DNA from: Phoronis australis
Lineage: Eukaryota > Animalia > Phoronida
Direction: 5' to 3'
Assembly (NCBI GenBank): GCA_002633005.1
Contig: NMRA01000219.1
Coordinates: forward strand, 57,236-121,235
Length of the DNA: 64,000 bases
Part shown: in pieces, positions 1 to 11,461 of the stretch
Numbering within the stretch: the first letter of the stretch is position 1
How the letters are laid out: each line of letters starts with the position of its first letter
Translations under genes and position numbers: made by a program
Notes under the pieces: model-generated
What the model was told of the DNA's origin: nothing
The model's database searches: none
The model's input: only the letters and a program-made list of their open reading frames with translations

Positions 1-517
1 CTTTCAGAGCGTCCTTCCAATTTGTACACGGAGGTCAGTTCGCGACACTAAAGACCTCTGAAATAAACTTAATTTCCCGATGTTGCGGAGCCGCGTGGCT
101 CCTCCATCAAGTTATTCAGCTGGATGAATGAGAACATCTTTCGTCTATACACATCAGTCATCTTAGCCACCCTTCCCCTATCTCGAATTCCTGAATACGT
201 CCCTGCTAATGTTTGGATATGCGACAGCGTGCGTGCTGTTCGGGTAGCCTGTTTAAAACTGCCTTCAAATTATCGCTAATTAGGCACGTCAAGCCGCCTC
301 GCAGCTTCAAATGGAATAAATTAAGACAGCGACGGTAAATCTTGCGGAAGTAACAAATGAACTGGACTAGGTCCATGATTTTGTCACGTGCAATTGGGGA
401 AGCTGGCGTGCACTGAAGTTCTTTTAAAAAGCACCAGTTTCACAGCATTTGTCATTCGCCATTGTATTTAGTGTTAAAGTTCGTCAAATATTGTTGCTTG
501 TTTTCCATGGTCAATGG

Positions 518-710
518 CAGGGGCAGATCCAGGATTTTGAGTTGGGGAGCAGGGCAGAGTATTAGCCAGGATTTTGACCGTTAGACATTTGCACCACCGA
601 ACTGCCAAATGGAATCTGGAAGAAATTTAGGGGGGTCATCAGATGGAATCTGGGAGAAATTTAGGGGGGGGGGTCATGGCCCCCTTGGCCCCCCTCTAAA
701 TCCGCCATTG
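518..710 (+). mobile_element. Non-autonomous CAG-ended DNA transposon (MITE), hAT5-like, 5-bp TSD
   Basis: Ends CAGGGGCAGATCCAG...CTAAATCCGCCATTG form imperfect TIRs; AATGG on both sides (513-517, 711-715); same internal sequence recurs at 3283, 15714, 52733, 52889. Confidence 0.8.
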
Positions 711-2619
711 AATGGTACAATAAAGAATGGTGAGTAGTTGCGTTCGTTGTGACATCTCAGTATTGAGCACGTTGTGATTCTTTTTTTCCTTTGAATATCA
801 GAGAAGCGCCGATATGGCACAAGTTTGTAAAAGGAACTCGATCGCGTGTTGGTGGACGTAACACACTCTGGCGCTGGGTGAATTCATTCCACTCATGTTC
901 GTGGAGCTAAGAAACTTTCAACTAAAGTCTCTTTTCTTCCATTTACTCGTTCCTGGGATATTGAATTCATGGTTGTGGTATACAGTGGCATAAAACTAGA
1001 ATTTTTAATTATGTTGACAATGTACACGTAGCGACTTGTAAACAAGGTAAATGGTGGTTTCAAGCACATGAAAAACCTAACGAAGTGTTCCATCCCAAAA
1101 CTGCTACAGCAATAGCTTTCAACTTCGTGGCGCTGCGTGGATTTTAATAAACATAATCTATCATGAGTGGATATATTAATGACAAAATAATGTCATTAAT
1201 CAAGAAATCATATAAATTATTGATATCAGTCTGTCGTTTACAGTTCATCGATATAAATCATCACGGATCATATGACGTCATACAAAATGTTATCAGAAAA
1301 GTACATGGCATACGCCATGAAAGAAAGCTGACTATGTTTACAGTGTAATGCGAGCTTCCCAGCTTCATGAAACCGTCATATATGGGAAGCCATGCTAACC
1401 TTCAAGATAATTAATCCTGATTTGATGTCCATAACTTCTTAGTGATAGATGTGCCATGCCAGGAGTGATCGATCGTCTGCCCCCGGTTAGTTTGCCCTGT
1501 AGACTTCTAATTCAGGAAGGATAGACGCACACAAAGACGTGCGAGAACAACTTGCTGCCTCAAATCAGTGCGTGTAAGCTTCATCCGTTTCACGTCTGCG
1601 CCGAATTAATTGATGTTTTCCGTTACACGAATCGGTAATGCGAATCTCTCACTTGTGGGATTTCTCGAACCCAAATCCTCAAAGTACGCCAGCTTCAAAT
1701 ATCCATGGTTGAAGAGCCTTGCTGGCCAAATGAAGCACACGCTCGTACCTGTGGCAACTGGGCGTGGTACTCTTCGCCTCCTTATACCCTTGAATAGGCA
1801 AAATGAGCTGAGTCGAACTCAATGTGCTTCAGCGCAGTAACGTTTAATGTGGCTGGAGATATTACCGACCTACCGAACCTTGTCCATCCAATGTACGTGT
1901 AGAACACGCCGTTGCCAGACGGATTTTAAGAAAAAATGTTTGCTGAAATCAAGCACTTTGCTGGGGAGTCGTGAAATAACCACCTGTAAGGCATACCCAG
2001 GTGGAATACCTTAAGGCATACCCAGGTGGAATACCGATAAAAATTGAAACAGTGAGAAATGACCCTGCCTCAGTAGTGACGTCATGGCAAGCAGAGGCTG
2101 CCAATAGAGTATCCTTCCCTGCATTGCAGAAGCCGCCAGAAAAAAAACTTTTGGATTGCGTTGAAGTTTGTCATTCCCCCAATAGAGAGACAATTAGGTG
2201 GCGGACTCCGTTTCTCGCCGGGAAGTTTCAACGACAGGGAGGGTCAGTCTGGCCACTGACGATAACCGGAGGAAGAGTATTCCCAGCCGATGGGGATCGG
2301 GAGGGGAGGAATGGCGAACGTGGGGGGGAGAAACCGATGAGTACTGGAGAGAGTACCCTCTCATTTTATACGCAACCCCCTTTCTCTCCCACACACACAC
2401 TAAGTAAAGCCTTTTTACGCAGAAATCTTAGGGGTAAAAATATCAAATTTCTGTTCTTCCATGGAATCAAGACCAGCTGTGATAAAAAGTATAAAATCCC
2501 GGTGTTGAAATACAGGTCCCTTTGAACTTAAATAACAATACCTTTACTCTCTGCAAAGGACATCACGCCACTAAAACATCTCGACAATTAAGGTTAAATA
2601 AATTAGACAATTTTAGAGA

Positions 2620-3990
2620 CTTGAATGCTAATACACGGCAACTCTTAGGTTAATTAATACAGTACAATTCACCAATATTTTGAGTTTTCGTTGAGCAATC
2701 GTGGTGTGAAAACCAACATCGGGTATTTTGAAATTAATTATAGGATGTGAAGCTATGAAAGCAAGTTTACAGTCATGTGTAGGTCTTCTTATTACTAAAC
2801 ATACCGATGTTACCACTAATCGAGCTACCCTCACGTTCAACTAACGCGTCCAAAAATGGCAATATGTTGCCTCGAGTTTAAATTTACTGAAAATTCCTGG
2901 GCTGACTGCTGATTTTCAATGTACAAAACATCATATATCCACATATCGTCGATAGAAATCAAGCCATGGGGACCAGTGTACATCATGCCGGCTAATATAG
3001 GGGCAAAAGCTATACCATCAATTTGGTAAAAAACCTTCTCATTGAATATTAAACGGGTTTTACAAGTGACAAATTTAAGTAGCTCAATGAGTTCAGCTCG
3101 AGTAATCTTTACACACACTGGGAAGGCCGGTAGGAAGGCAAAAATTATTGGGGGGCACAAACCATTTCGACGTCGCCAAATAACTCCCCCATCGCGACCA
3201 CCTCCGCTACCCCCCCGCCACCCCTTGCCCCCGTCCTCCCGATGCCACCATATTTGTACCGAATCTCCCACGTGGGGAGGCACAGTGGCGGATTTAGGGG
3301 GCCAAGACGCCATGACCCCCCTAAAATTCTCCCAGATTCATTTGGCAGCTTGGAGGTGCAAATTTCTGACTGGTAAAACCCTGGCTAATACTCTGCCTTA
3401 CCCCCCAACTCAAAATCAAGGATCCGCCTCTGGGACAATCCCGAGGATCCAACCATTAAAAGTTGAGTAACGATGAACCAACACGAACAAGAGTAACAAT
3501 GGGCTTAGGACCAGTACACTGACCTGTAGCGAGGAGCTGCCTCAAGTAGCTATAGCTGAGATCTAACAGTGTGAAAATACGAAATTCCCGATGAACTAAA
3601 GCTAATTGCTTGTCAGCTCGACTATGATTCACTTGGGACAGGCAGCTTAGCTCGTACCGGCCAACTGCGCTCGTTCTAAGGTCAAGATTCGTTTTGCTGT
3701 GATCCAGTTTCGGGAACACTTTATTTTATTATGGTCATTCTTTCAAAAAGATTTTTTTTTGAAAAGATGAGGCCCCGTACTCTCTGGTATAGTGCCTTTG
3801 GGGCTGTTTCAAAATCCCTAGTTGATACACGACCAGTAGTTCAGTTTCTGGTGGCTGGGGAAAAGGATAGTGTGCCCCAAAAGGCACACTTCCTGAATGC
3901 TTGCAGTTCAAGTTCAGTCCTTGTGGTTATCATTGAGAGTCTACTCGGCCTACTGCATGGTTACATTACGTCAATCAGGAAAAGCAATCA
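2620..3990 (-). mobile_element. Degenerate Penelope-like retroelement reverse transcriptase, interrupted by MITEs at ~3115-3432
   Basis: Minus-strand fragments in PLE RT order: FPKLDHSKTNLDLRTSAVG (cf. GLPKxHKxxxPLRPIxSA), LIELLKFVTCKTRLIFNEKVFYQIDGIAFAPILA (cf. FxFNGxxYxQxDGxAMGSPLA), RRPTH...FHSFTS (cf. YRKPTHTxxYxxFxS). Stops and frameshifts throughout; boundaries approximate. Confidence 0.7.
3283..3432 (-). mobile_element. Copy of the CAG-ended MITE family
   Basis: Reverse complement of 518-710 (CAGTGGCGGATTTAG...GGATCCGCCTCTG). Confidence 0.8.
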
Positions 3991-4940
3991 ATTCAGTTTT
4001 GAAGAAAAAAACTCATTACTCAAAACTACTGGAAGCTAAAAACACCATGGAACTGCGAAGACAACTTTTCCAAGAAATCAGCTTGAATTTATTTATTTAT
4101 TTTTCTATCTACGGCTTGTGTTTACGAACTTTATCAATGTATTTGAGAGTTATTTTAGATATGCAAAAATTGTCTAAGTGTACTTTACTATTTGGGGATA
4201 GGATTATAGAGTTTTTCCAACTTCAGGTAGCAATTAAATTCACTGAATTATCACAAGATTACATGTAGCTTCTAATTGACAAAAATCATCTATGAATCTA
4301 TTGATATTCGTAGATACATAAACAAGTAAATCAGAAACCAACGAATTTGTTTATCAAACAGGAATGTTATGCGCAATTTCCGCATGCCTGCTCGCAGACT
4401 TTTGTCGTAACCGGGGGAATATGGGAGATGGGGTATTCGTATTAAGGTGTGTTTTCAGAGGTACCTATAACGGTTCACGATGTAAACTTGAACTCCATTG
4501 ACAAAAAAAAAACGTTGAAATCTTTGTTTATGGTTGCGAAAGTTCTTTGAGTACCCCTTTCGACATGTACACGATCATTACAAATAGTCACAGTCTAGAC
4601 AGCAGTGTTTTCCACAAGTGGGAATTCCTTACAAACAACTCTTAGTAACCATCCTCAAAAGAGATATTATTCTTGTGATACTACCGGAAACAGTAACATT
4701 ATTTTATAACTAACCATCGGAAATAGTCCTTTTGTGTAATTCACAAGTAGCGGTCTTCACCTTCTTCAAAAATCCACCCTTTCGATGACGGCAATCCTAC
4801 TGTATTTTTTAAATTTTTGGTTGTTTGGGTCGAATGGCTGTGCTGTGCAAGAATGTTTTGTGTTTTTTTGATGAATTTGGAATCTCAGCTTCCCTCGTGA
4901 ATACTTGGCAGTGTCGGATTTACCGTTACAGGGGTTAGTG

Positions 4941-5095
4941 CGCTATTCTATATTATGGTAATGGCCATGGATTTAGAATGTCTATTTATGTAGCACGCTA
5001 TTCTATATTTATGGTCATGACCATGGATATAGAGTGTCTACCTATGTACCGCTATTCTATATTATGGTCATGACCACGGATTTATATTGTCTATA
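4941..5095. repeat. Tandem repeat, ~55-bp unit, ~3 copies
   Basis: CGCTATTCTATATT(T)ATGGT(A/C)ATG(G/A)CCA(T/C)GGAT...TGTCTA repeated three times. Confidence 0.85.
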
Positions 5096-6250
5096 TTTAT
5101 ATAGCGAGCTACGACAGTTAGTATAACCAAAAATAGGAAGTAGAGCCTGTACTTCGTCTACCTAGTGGGTGAGACGAACTCTTAATATAATATTTTTTTC
5201 TATTTGGATTTGATGTGTCTTACACCTTGAAGCTTGTAATGCACCAAGGCCAGTCAAAGAATGTATATTGTGTTTATTCAAATACTTTTAGGCAATCATT
5301 AGTTTTAGCAGAATTATTAAAGTTTGACTTGTGGCAATATTGCGTAGCGTTTAAAGACACATGTTCATATTGACGTCATTCAGCATTTTATTCCATGATT
5401 CATTGCGCCAACGCCACGGATACTCGTCAAGTTTGATATATGTAATCCCCCTCTTGTTGCAACAACTAACTACATATGGTTTCTAGAACGTTCTAATGTT
5501 TCAATTTACGTTTAGCAACTATAAGAGACGAAACGTGAAGTAATTACAGAAATTCGTCAGCAGTAATAGAATGGCTGCAGGACGGGATTGAACTGGAACC
5601 CTCTGGTGTAACACTTCAGGGCGGCAGGTGGCACCAGTGGATTATTAATTAAAATGCGTTTGCCTGACTTCCTTGAATGAATCTATGTAATATTTCTGAA
5701 GCTAAAATGTTTGGTACCGATGATCACAAATTGTTGTGTCGCCTCTCCCTCCCAGAAGTCCGTGCTCTGACTGTTGCATACTTCTGTATGCATTATACAT
5801 TGCTCCTTTCTAGTTCAAAGCTTTAGCTTTGCCCCTCATGTTTGCCGTCAATCTTAATGAAGTTGTAATTAACAAAATAGACATTGTGTACTGTTCGTCT
5901 TCTTCACTGTCTTAATCATATTTTCTAAATCTAGAATAAGTAATGCTTGTGTAAAAGTCTTGCACCTCCATTTTGGTTGATATGAATTCTGATGAGACTG
6001 ATCATCGTTCACATATATCAGTCTGATCATCGTTTACAGCATTATTCTTAGGATCGTTTTTGGTCAGTGAAAATAATTCGTATAAATTACTAGGGCTGAT
6101 GAAAAAACTTAGATCTTATGTTACACCATTCGTTAATATTAATTCTTCAGTATCAACATCTTATAACATGTCATACCATTCTTAGAAATAGTCGAAATTA
6201 ATATATTTTAAAGAATCATTTGTAATAAATTTTATCAACCATAATTGATT

Positions 6251-6352
6251 GTGCACACCTGTCGTGCACGCGCAGACATAGTGCCTGTGTACACCTGTCG
6301 TGCACGTGCAGATATAGTGCCTGTGTACACTTGTCCTGCACGCGCAGATATA
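6251..6352. repeat. Tandem repeat, ~36-bp unit, 3 copies
   Basis: GTG(C/T)ACACCTGTCGTGCACG(C/T)GCAGA(C/T)ATAGTGCCT repeated. Confidence 0.85.
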
Positions 6353-8095
6353 CATGTATATAGAGTAATATAAGGGACATTTACCCCGAACTGTTCCACT
6401 GAGAGATAACACGTTAAGATGAAAGGCTAAACATCATTAAGCTTGGAAAAAAGTGACAGTTCATTCCACCGTCGTGTGGTCCCAAAACGAGGCAGGGAGT
6501 GACCTCCTTGATGAAAGCACGAATTCACTAAAAACAAGTTAATAGAGGTAATCGATTCCAACATTGGGCCATCTCTCCGTGAGCGGCCCCGTAAGAATTT
6601 GTCAGTGAAACCACAAAAAGGTGGCCACTTGAATGTCATCAATGGCCTCCTTCACTAAGGGCGGGGCTCCTAAATATGAAAATATTTATATTTTCAGATA
6701 TCATGAAATGCGCAGCAATTGATGTTATCTGTCAGGTCATCAATTTTTCTCAAGTGATATACAGTTTCGAGAAAAAATAAAGCAAAAGTTGTCTCCGTTA
6801 TCCCTTGCCAGAGCGGGAAAATTATAGTTCAGTTTGCACATTCACAAACTTAGATTGACTTATTGAATTTAAACATCCAGTGAATTAATACTCTCCTCAA
6901 AAGCTTTGCTTAACAAATTTTCTCGATTTTTCGAAATATATGTGTGCGTTTAGACAACCTGCGCTGAAAAAGCGAAGACCCATACAACAGTGTCCTGGAG
7001 GGTCCTCAAAAGGTAAACCATGCACTGATGCAGATTTGTTAAATGTGCTGTTGAATTTTCTCTCTTATCCGTTTTCCGAAGTCTTTCTTTTCTCTACTGT
7101 CCCCGGCATCATGCCTATGTCCATTGCTACGGTTTAACCCAGACGCCTGAAAAATTTGGGGGGCGAGCCCCCCCCCCACCCCCCTGTCCCCCGGCCCAAC
7201 CGCTTCCCTCCCAGGCTGCTAGGTCCACTGCTGTCCTTTTAGCTGTGTGGGATCTGTTTGACACCTGAAACTTCGATACATCACTAAGAATTTCATTCAA
7301 AGTCCTGCAATAATCACCAGTTTGGATAAAGGGCAATTTAAAGGCCAATCTCATAACACCGTATTTAAAAACTGAGAGTGGTCTATGAAGTTGTGGTGGT
7401 GGGACCGTTGACTGGGTTTTTTGCCGCTAACTGATCCACCTTATGCCTTTGAACTGCGTAATATGTNNNNNNNNNNNNNNNNNNNNNNNNNNNNNNNNNN
7501 NNNNNNNNNNNNNNNNNNNNNNNNNNNNNNNNNNNNNNNNNNNNNNNNNNNNNNNNNCCCCCCCCCCCCCCGTCCCCCGGCCCAACCGCTTCCCGCCCTC
7601 ATGCTAGGTCCACTGCTGTCCTTTTAGCTGTGTGGGATCTGTTTGACACCTGAAACTTCGATACATCACTAAGAATTTCATTCAAAGTCCTGCAATAATC
7701 ACCAGTTTGGATAAAGGGCAGTTTAAGGCCAATCTCATAACACGGCGTATTTAAAAACTGAGAGTGGTCTATGAAGTTGTGGTGGTGGACCGTTGACTGG
7801 GTTTTTTGCCGCTAACTGATCCACCTTATGCCTTTGAACTGCGTAATATGTTTTTGTGCCCTATTGTCTATCCTTGCTTTTTAATTTGCTTTAGTTATAC
7901 CTATTTTAGTAGAAAAGCGTCCTGTTAGCGCTAATGTTGACTCTAAACCAAAGTTGAATTAACATTTAATTACGTGATTTCGGTTTTCTCAAATCTAGTA
8001 CTAACTTTCCTCGGCAGATGGCAAACATCTACCAAAGTGCAGCGCCACCAAGTGTGGAAAGTTATTCGTCGACGAAACGAGGAAATAACTGAGGC

Positions 8096-8125
8096 ATGTT
8101 GCGGTTAAGTGCACCCCTGAGGAAG
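8096..8125 (+). CDS. BOLA3: BolA-like protein 3, exon 1 (mitochondrial presequence)
   Basis: ATG...MLRLSAPLRK|GTAAAC; phase 0 matches exon 2; Arg/Leu/Ser-rich, acid-free N-terminus typical of a presequence. Joined model is 109 aa. This exon is inferred from phase and composition. Confidence 0.75.
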
Positions 8126-8431
8126 GTAAACTGTTTCCTTGTAGGATTTATGACCAATGAGTTCATCGTTACGTAAAAGTCGAACCGTATTTTCCTTGTG
8201 TTGCCAGTGATCTGTTTGTTTACCAGTGTCCACAAAGTTCTCCAACCGTTTAGCGTTCAATGACACTCATATGCTCGCAGAGAGAGGAGGGAGCACGAAT
8301 GGGGGACCTGGGGCTAGGCAATCAATCCTGTACACTGGAAGATTTTTTGTAAATCACGCTTAACGTTAGTCACGTTACTGTAATAACTACATTTATACGT
8401 GTAGATAGACCCTATTGGAGCCATGGTAGAT

Positions 8432-8691
8432 AATAATAAAAACATGAGCACAGCCCCAGAAATCGCTTTCGCATTATATCTGGGAGTAATATGTTTCATT
8501 ATAGTCTTAGATTATATCCAGGTTCTCATTCACTCCCCTGCACACATTCACAAGTAAGACCGTGCTCAGAGGAGTAGGAGACACCTTTGTGCAGTGCTTG
8601 ATTGTCAGCCAGTGAAGCCAGGATTTGAACTCAGGTCTCTCAAGTAGGAGTCCAGAGCTTTAACCACTGAGTCACACTGTCTCCTCAGGCT
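8432..8691 (-). mobile_element. tRNA-derived SINE in BOLA3 intron 1
   Basis: Minus strand: A box TGACTCAGTGG, B box GAGTTCAAATCC, 3' end in (TAT)n; 10-bp TSD CATGGTAGAT at 8422-8431 and 8692-8701. Confidence 0.8.
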
Positions 8692-9363
8692 CATGGTAGA
8701 TTATTTCAGTCGTTTAAAACATACCTCCCCAAGTTCAACTATATTCACCGTAACTTAGTTAAGTAAAAAGGGAGTGCTGCACTTGCTATTACAAAGATAC
8801 TTAGATGTGCTGAAAGTCTGGCGAGGTTGTGATGTGGGTGATTACCTTATGCTTAACCTTCGATTGTGGTCAGTCATTCTGATCGGTCAAGTGGTAGTTA
8901 AGCACCACAATCGACACGTGCATCACATAGTGGCAAGATTGCGTACCTCGACAGACTTCTAATGCGTTTATGTATCATTGTATTGGCATACATGCAATAC
9001 TCCTGTCTACTTGTATGCTGTATTCCCCTCTTGCGTGTAAGTATATCTCGCTATTTTCGCAAGCTCGCAAAACCAAGGCTGGCCATTCCACTTGCATTGA
9101 GATGGCTGAGTGTAGTGCGAGTTCATGGTGGTGTTATGAACACATTTAACTAGAGATTATGGAAAACAGATTCACAACTCATCGCCTTCGTACTAGTATG
9201 ATTCTGTGTTGCTGTCACCAGACTGAAGCTCTTCTCCAACTTTCATGACGAAATCTGATGTGGCAACTGGCAGAAAATTGAATACACTCTCATTCTTTGT
9301 TTCTATCCCGAACCATTTTACGATTACGATTTACTCAAGATTGTTAACATTTTAGTAAATTTA

Positions 9364-9555
9364 TTACACAGTGTAGCATAAAACGAGTAGCCTGGTTGCT
9401 AGGCGACACAAGACATTGTTTTGTCTAGTGGCACGAATCCATTCCTTTCTCAAGTCAGCATCACTAGGGAATGCATAAGAAGAAGCAGAATCCTTCTTTT
9501 CTTTCTTTTTGGTTGAGTTGTTGCTCAGTGGCACACAGCAAAACACCTTGATCAC
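9364..9555 (-). pseudogene. Degenerate THAP zinc-finger from a decayed DNA transposon
   Basis: MIKVFCCVPLSNNS...AFPSDADLRKEWIRATR...LVLC matches THAP CxVPxC...FPxDxxxRxxWIxAxxR...LCSxHF; second Cys and HF are lost. Confidence 0.65.
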
Positions 9556-10684
9556 AAACGAGCAGGATACAGAGCCTCGCTTTCGACTAAGATCATTTAA
9601 GGATGACGCAAATGTGCGAGTAGAGAATATTTATTGAGGAATGTTTTAAAAGATTGAAAGGAGCTATCCCTTGTTTGCAGGCAGCTGGAATCTTCAGTCC
9701 TTCCTGCTCGAATACTCCCGCAATCGAGCGTTTCTTCCGAATAAGAAATGTCCTTCATTCAGTCACTGAAATTGTTAATGTTTGGTGTGATGGGATTCCT
9801 GAGTATGTCTACAGCATAAATTCTTAATCATGTGGAGGTCGACCTCAGGAGAGAGCCAGTTACTAATGCACTGGTAGTGCATGATCCACCAAAATGTGGT
9901 TACTTGAAACTCTTGTAAATGGTTCACTGCTCTTGTTCCTGAGCTAATGGCATCTGTCAATGATTTCTTTCAAAATTGAAGAGATGTTTCAGACAGAAAT
10001 CTTAATTACCAACGCAATCATTCGAGTTGTAAGGATTTATAGACACCGACAGCCTCTAAAGATGGTCATTCTATGCTCGAAAAGAATTAAATAGCAACTT
10101 AACTTTGTTGGCTTAGCCAATTTGTGGTGTAATTTGCCAAATCACTTCCTCTGTACAGAGGCCCCTTGGCGTTGCTCTTTTGACTGCCCTCTGGGAATTT
10201 TGTATTTGTGAATATCAAATGACTTGCCTGCCCCAGGAAATTTGAAATCCTGAGTAAGGAGTGTCAAAAGGATGCACGTAAAATCACTAATCAAGCTCAA
10301 CAACTGGTTCGTCTTCTTACCAAATGTTGGTGTTAGTCAGGTGGTCCTCTTGTATCATCGTCTCATCTCCAGCAAGGTCAAGGTCAATGTATTCTTGGCT
10401 TATAGTGTTACTGGACAAGTGAGATGAGCTTTACAATTGTGCTGGAAAATAGAATACAACAAGTTTTACCTGTGTTTTGTTACTTGATATGGCCACAAGC
10501 AGCACCAGGGAGATGCATGTGTTGAGAAGTGCGAATTTACTCGGTATGATATTGGAATACATTGATGGTTTAGAGTTATGTTAGTTAATTCTCAAAGACA
10601 TAATGTGCTCTTTCCTATTTTGAAGTCGTGTACCTAATTGTAACCAGGTCCTGTTGATTGTGAAGATTCTATTCTGCTCTGCAG

Positions 10685-10820
10685 ATCAGACTGCAATTAT
10701 CAACAAGATGGCTGACTCAGACATCCGATCCGGCGTTGACACAGGGAGAAAAAAACCTTGAAGATACATTGAAACTGAAGTTCCCAGGTGCAACAGCGGT
10801 GGAAGTTAGAGATATTTCAG
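10685..10820 (+). CDS. BOLA3: BolA-like protein 3, exon 2
   Basis: CTCTGCAG|IRLQLSTRWLTQTSDPALTQGEKNLEDTLKLKFPGATAVEVRDIS(G)|GT; matches the BOLA3 pattern TxGE...LKxKFPxATAxxVxDISG. Confidence 0.95.
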
Positions 10821-11372
10821 GTTTGTTTGTAACGTACACACTAAAAATGATGAGGCAAAATGACACGGAATTGATGTCATGACTACTGAGCTCAAGCAAA
10901 ATTCACTGTCAGAGTTGCTACAATGACAGGTTGTACCAATTTCAAGTTATGGTATGTACTGCATGGTGGCAAGACTGTTTGCCAGCCAACGAATGCGTGC
11001 GTGTTTGGCTTAACACTCACCCTATAGTTTTTTAAGTGTAAACACTCATAAACAGAAAGGATGTTAAGTTCTGTGTCTTTGTACTTTGCTGATTTCAGCC
11101 CCAAAAATCTTTGCCCACTCAAGAGCAACACATCGTCTGCATTTTGCTGGAATTTTTAATTAAACCTTAGCTCGTGAGGTGGTTTAGACATAAAATGCAA
11201 CTCGCTGATGGTTAACGCAAATTGCTAGTTCAAGTAAATGCCGGCAATGACATTTTGCTTTTAATACCTGTTTAAATGCTTCAGTTGGCTGATTTGCTGA
11301 TTTTTTAAAATATTTTTTAACTTAAAAACTCTGAACTGAGTACTTCAAGTGTTTACTTCTTCATGTATATAG

Positions 11373-11461
11373 GTGGCTGTGGAGCTATGTATGAAGTATT
11401 CATAGAGTCCACAGACTTCAAGGGGAAAAGCATTGTAAATCAACACAAGCAAGTTAATCAG
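11373..11461 (+). CDS. BOLA3: BolA-like protein 3, exon 3
   Basis: TATAG|[30 protein letters not shown]|GTATGT; contains the SGGCGAMY signature with the Fe-S-ligand Cys. Confidence 0.97.

Noticed and set aside
2001-3470. ORFs of 174 and 142 aa on +
   Set aside because: They run through GC-rich repeat/MITE sequence and show no protein motifs or splice support.
5985-6035. CTGATGA followed by a stem, hammerhead-like
   Set aside because: No GAAA after the stem; explained by a short local duplication.
7170-7851. ~295-bp direct repeat on both sides of the N-gap
   Set aside because: Near-identical copies abutting a scaffold gap at a poly-C run; most likely an unmerged contig overlap.
8605-8684. 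Possible tRNA gene on the minus strand
   Set aside because: A and B boxes present but no closing acceptor stem; continues into a SINE body with a TSD.
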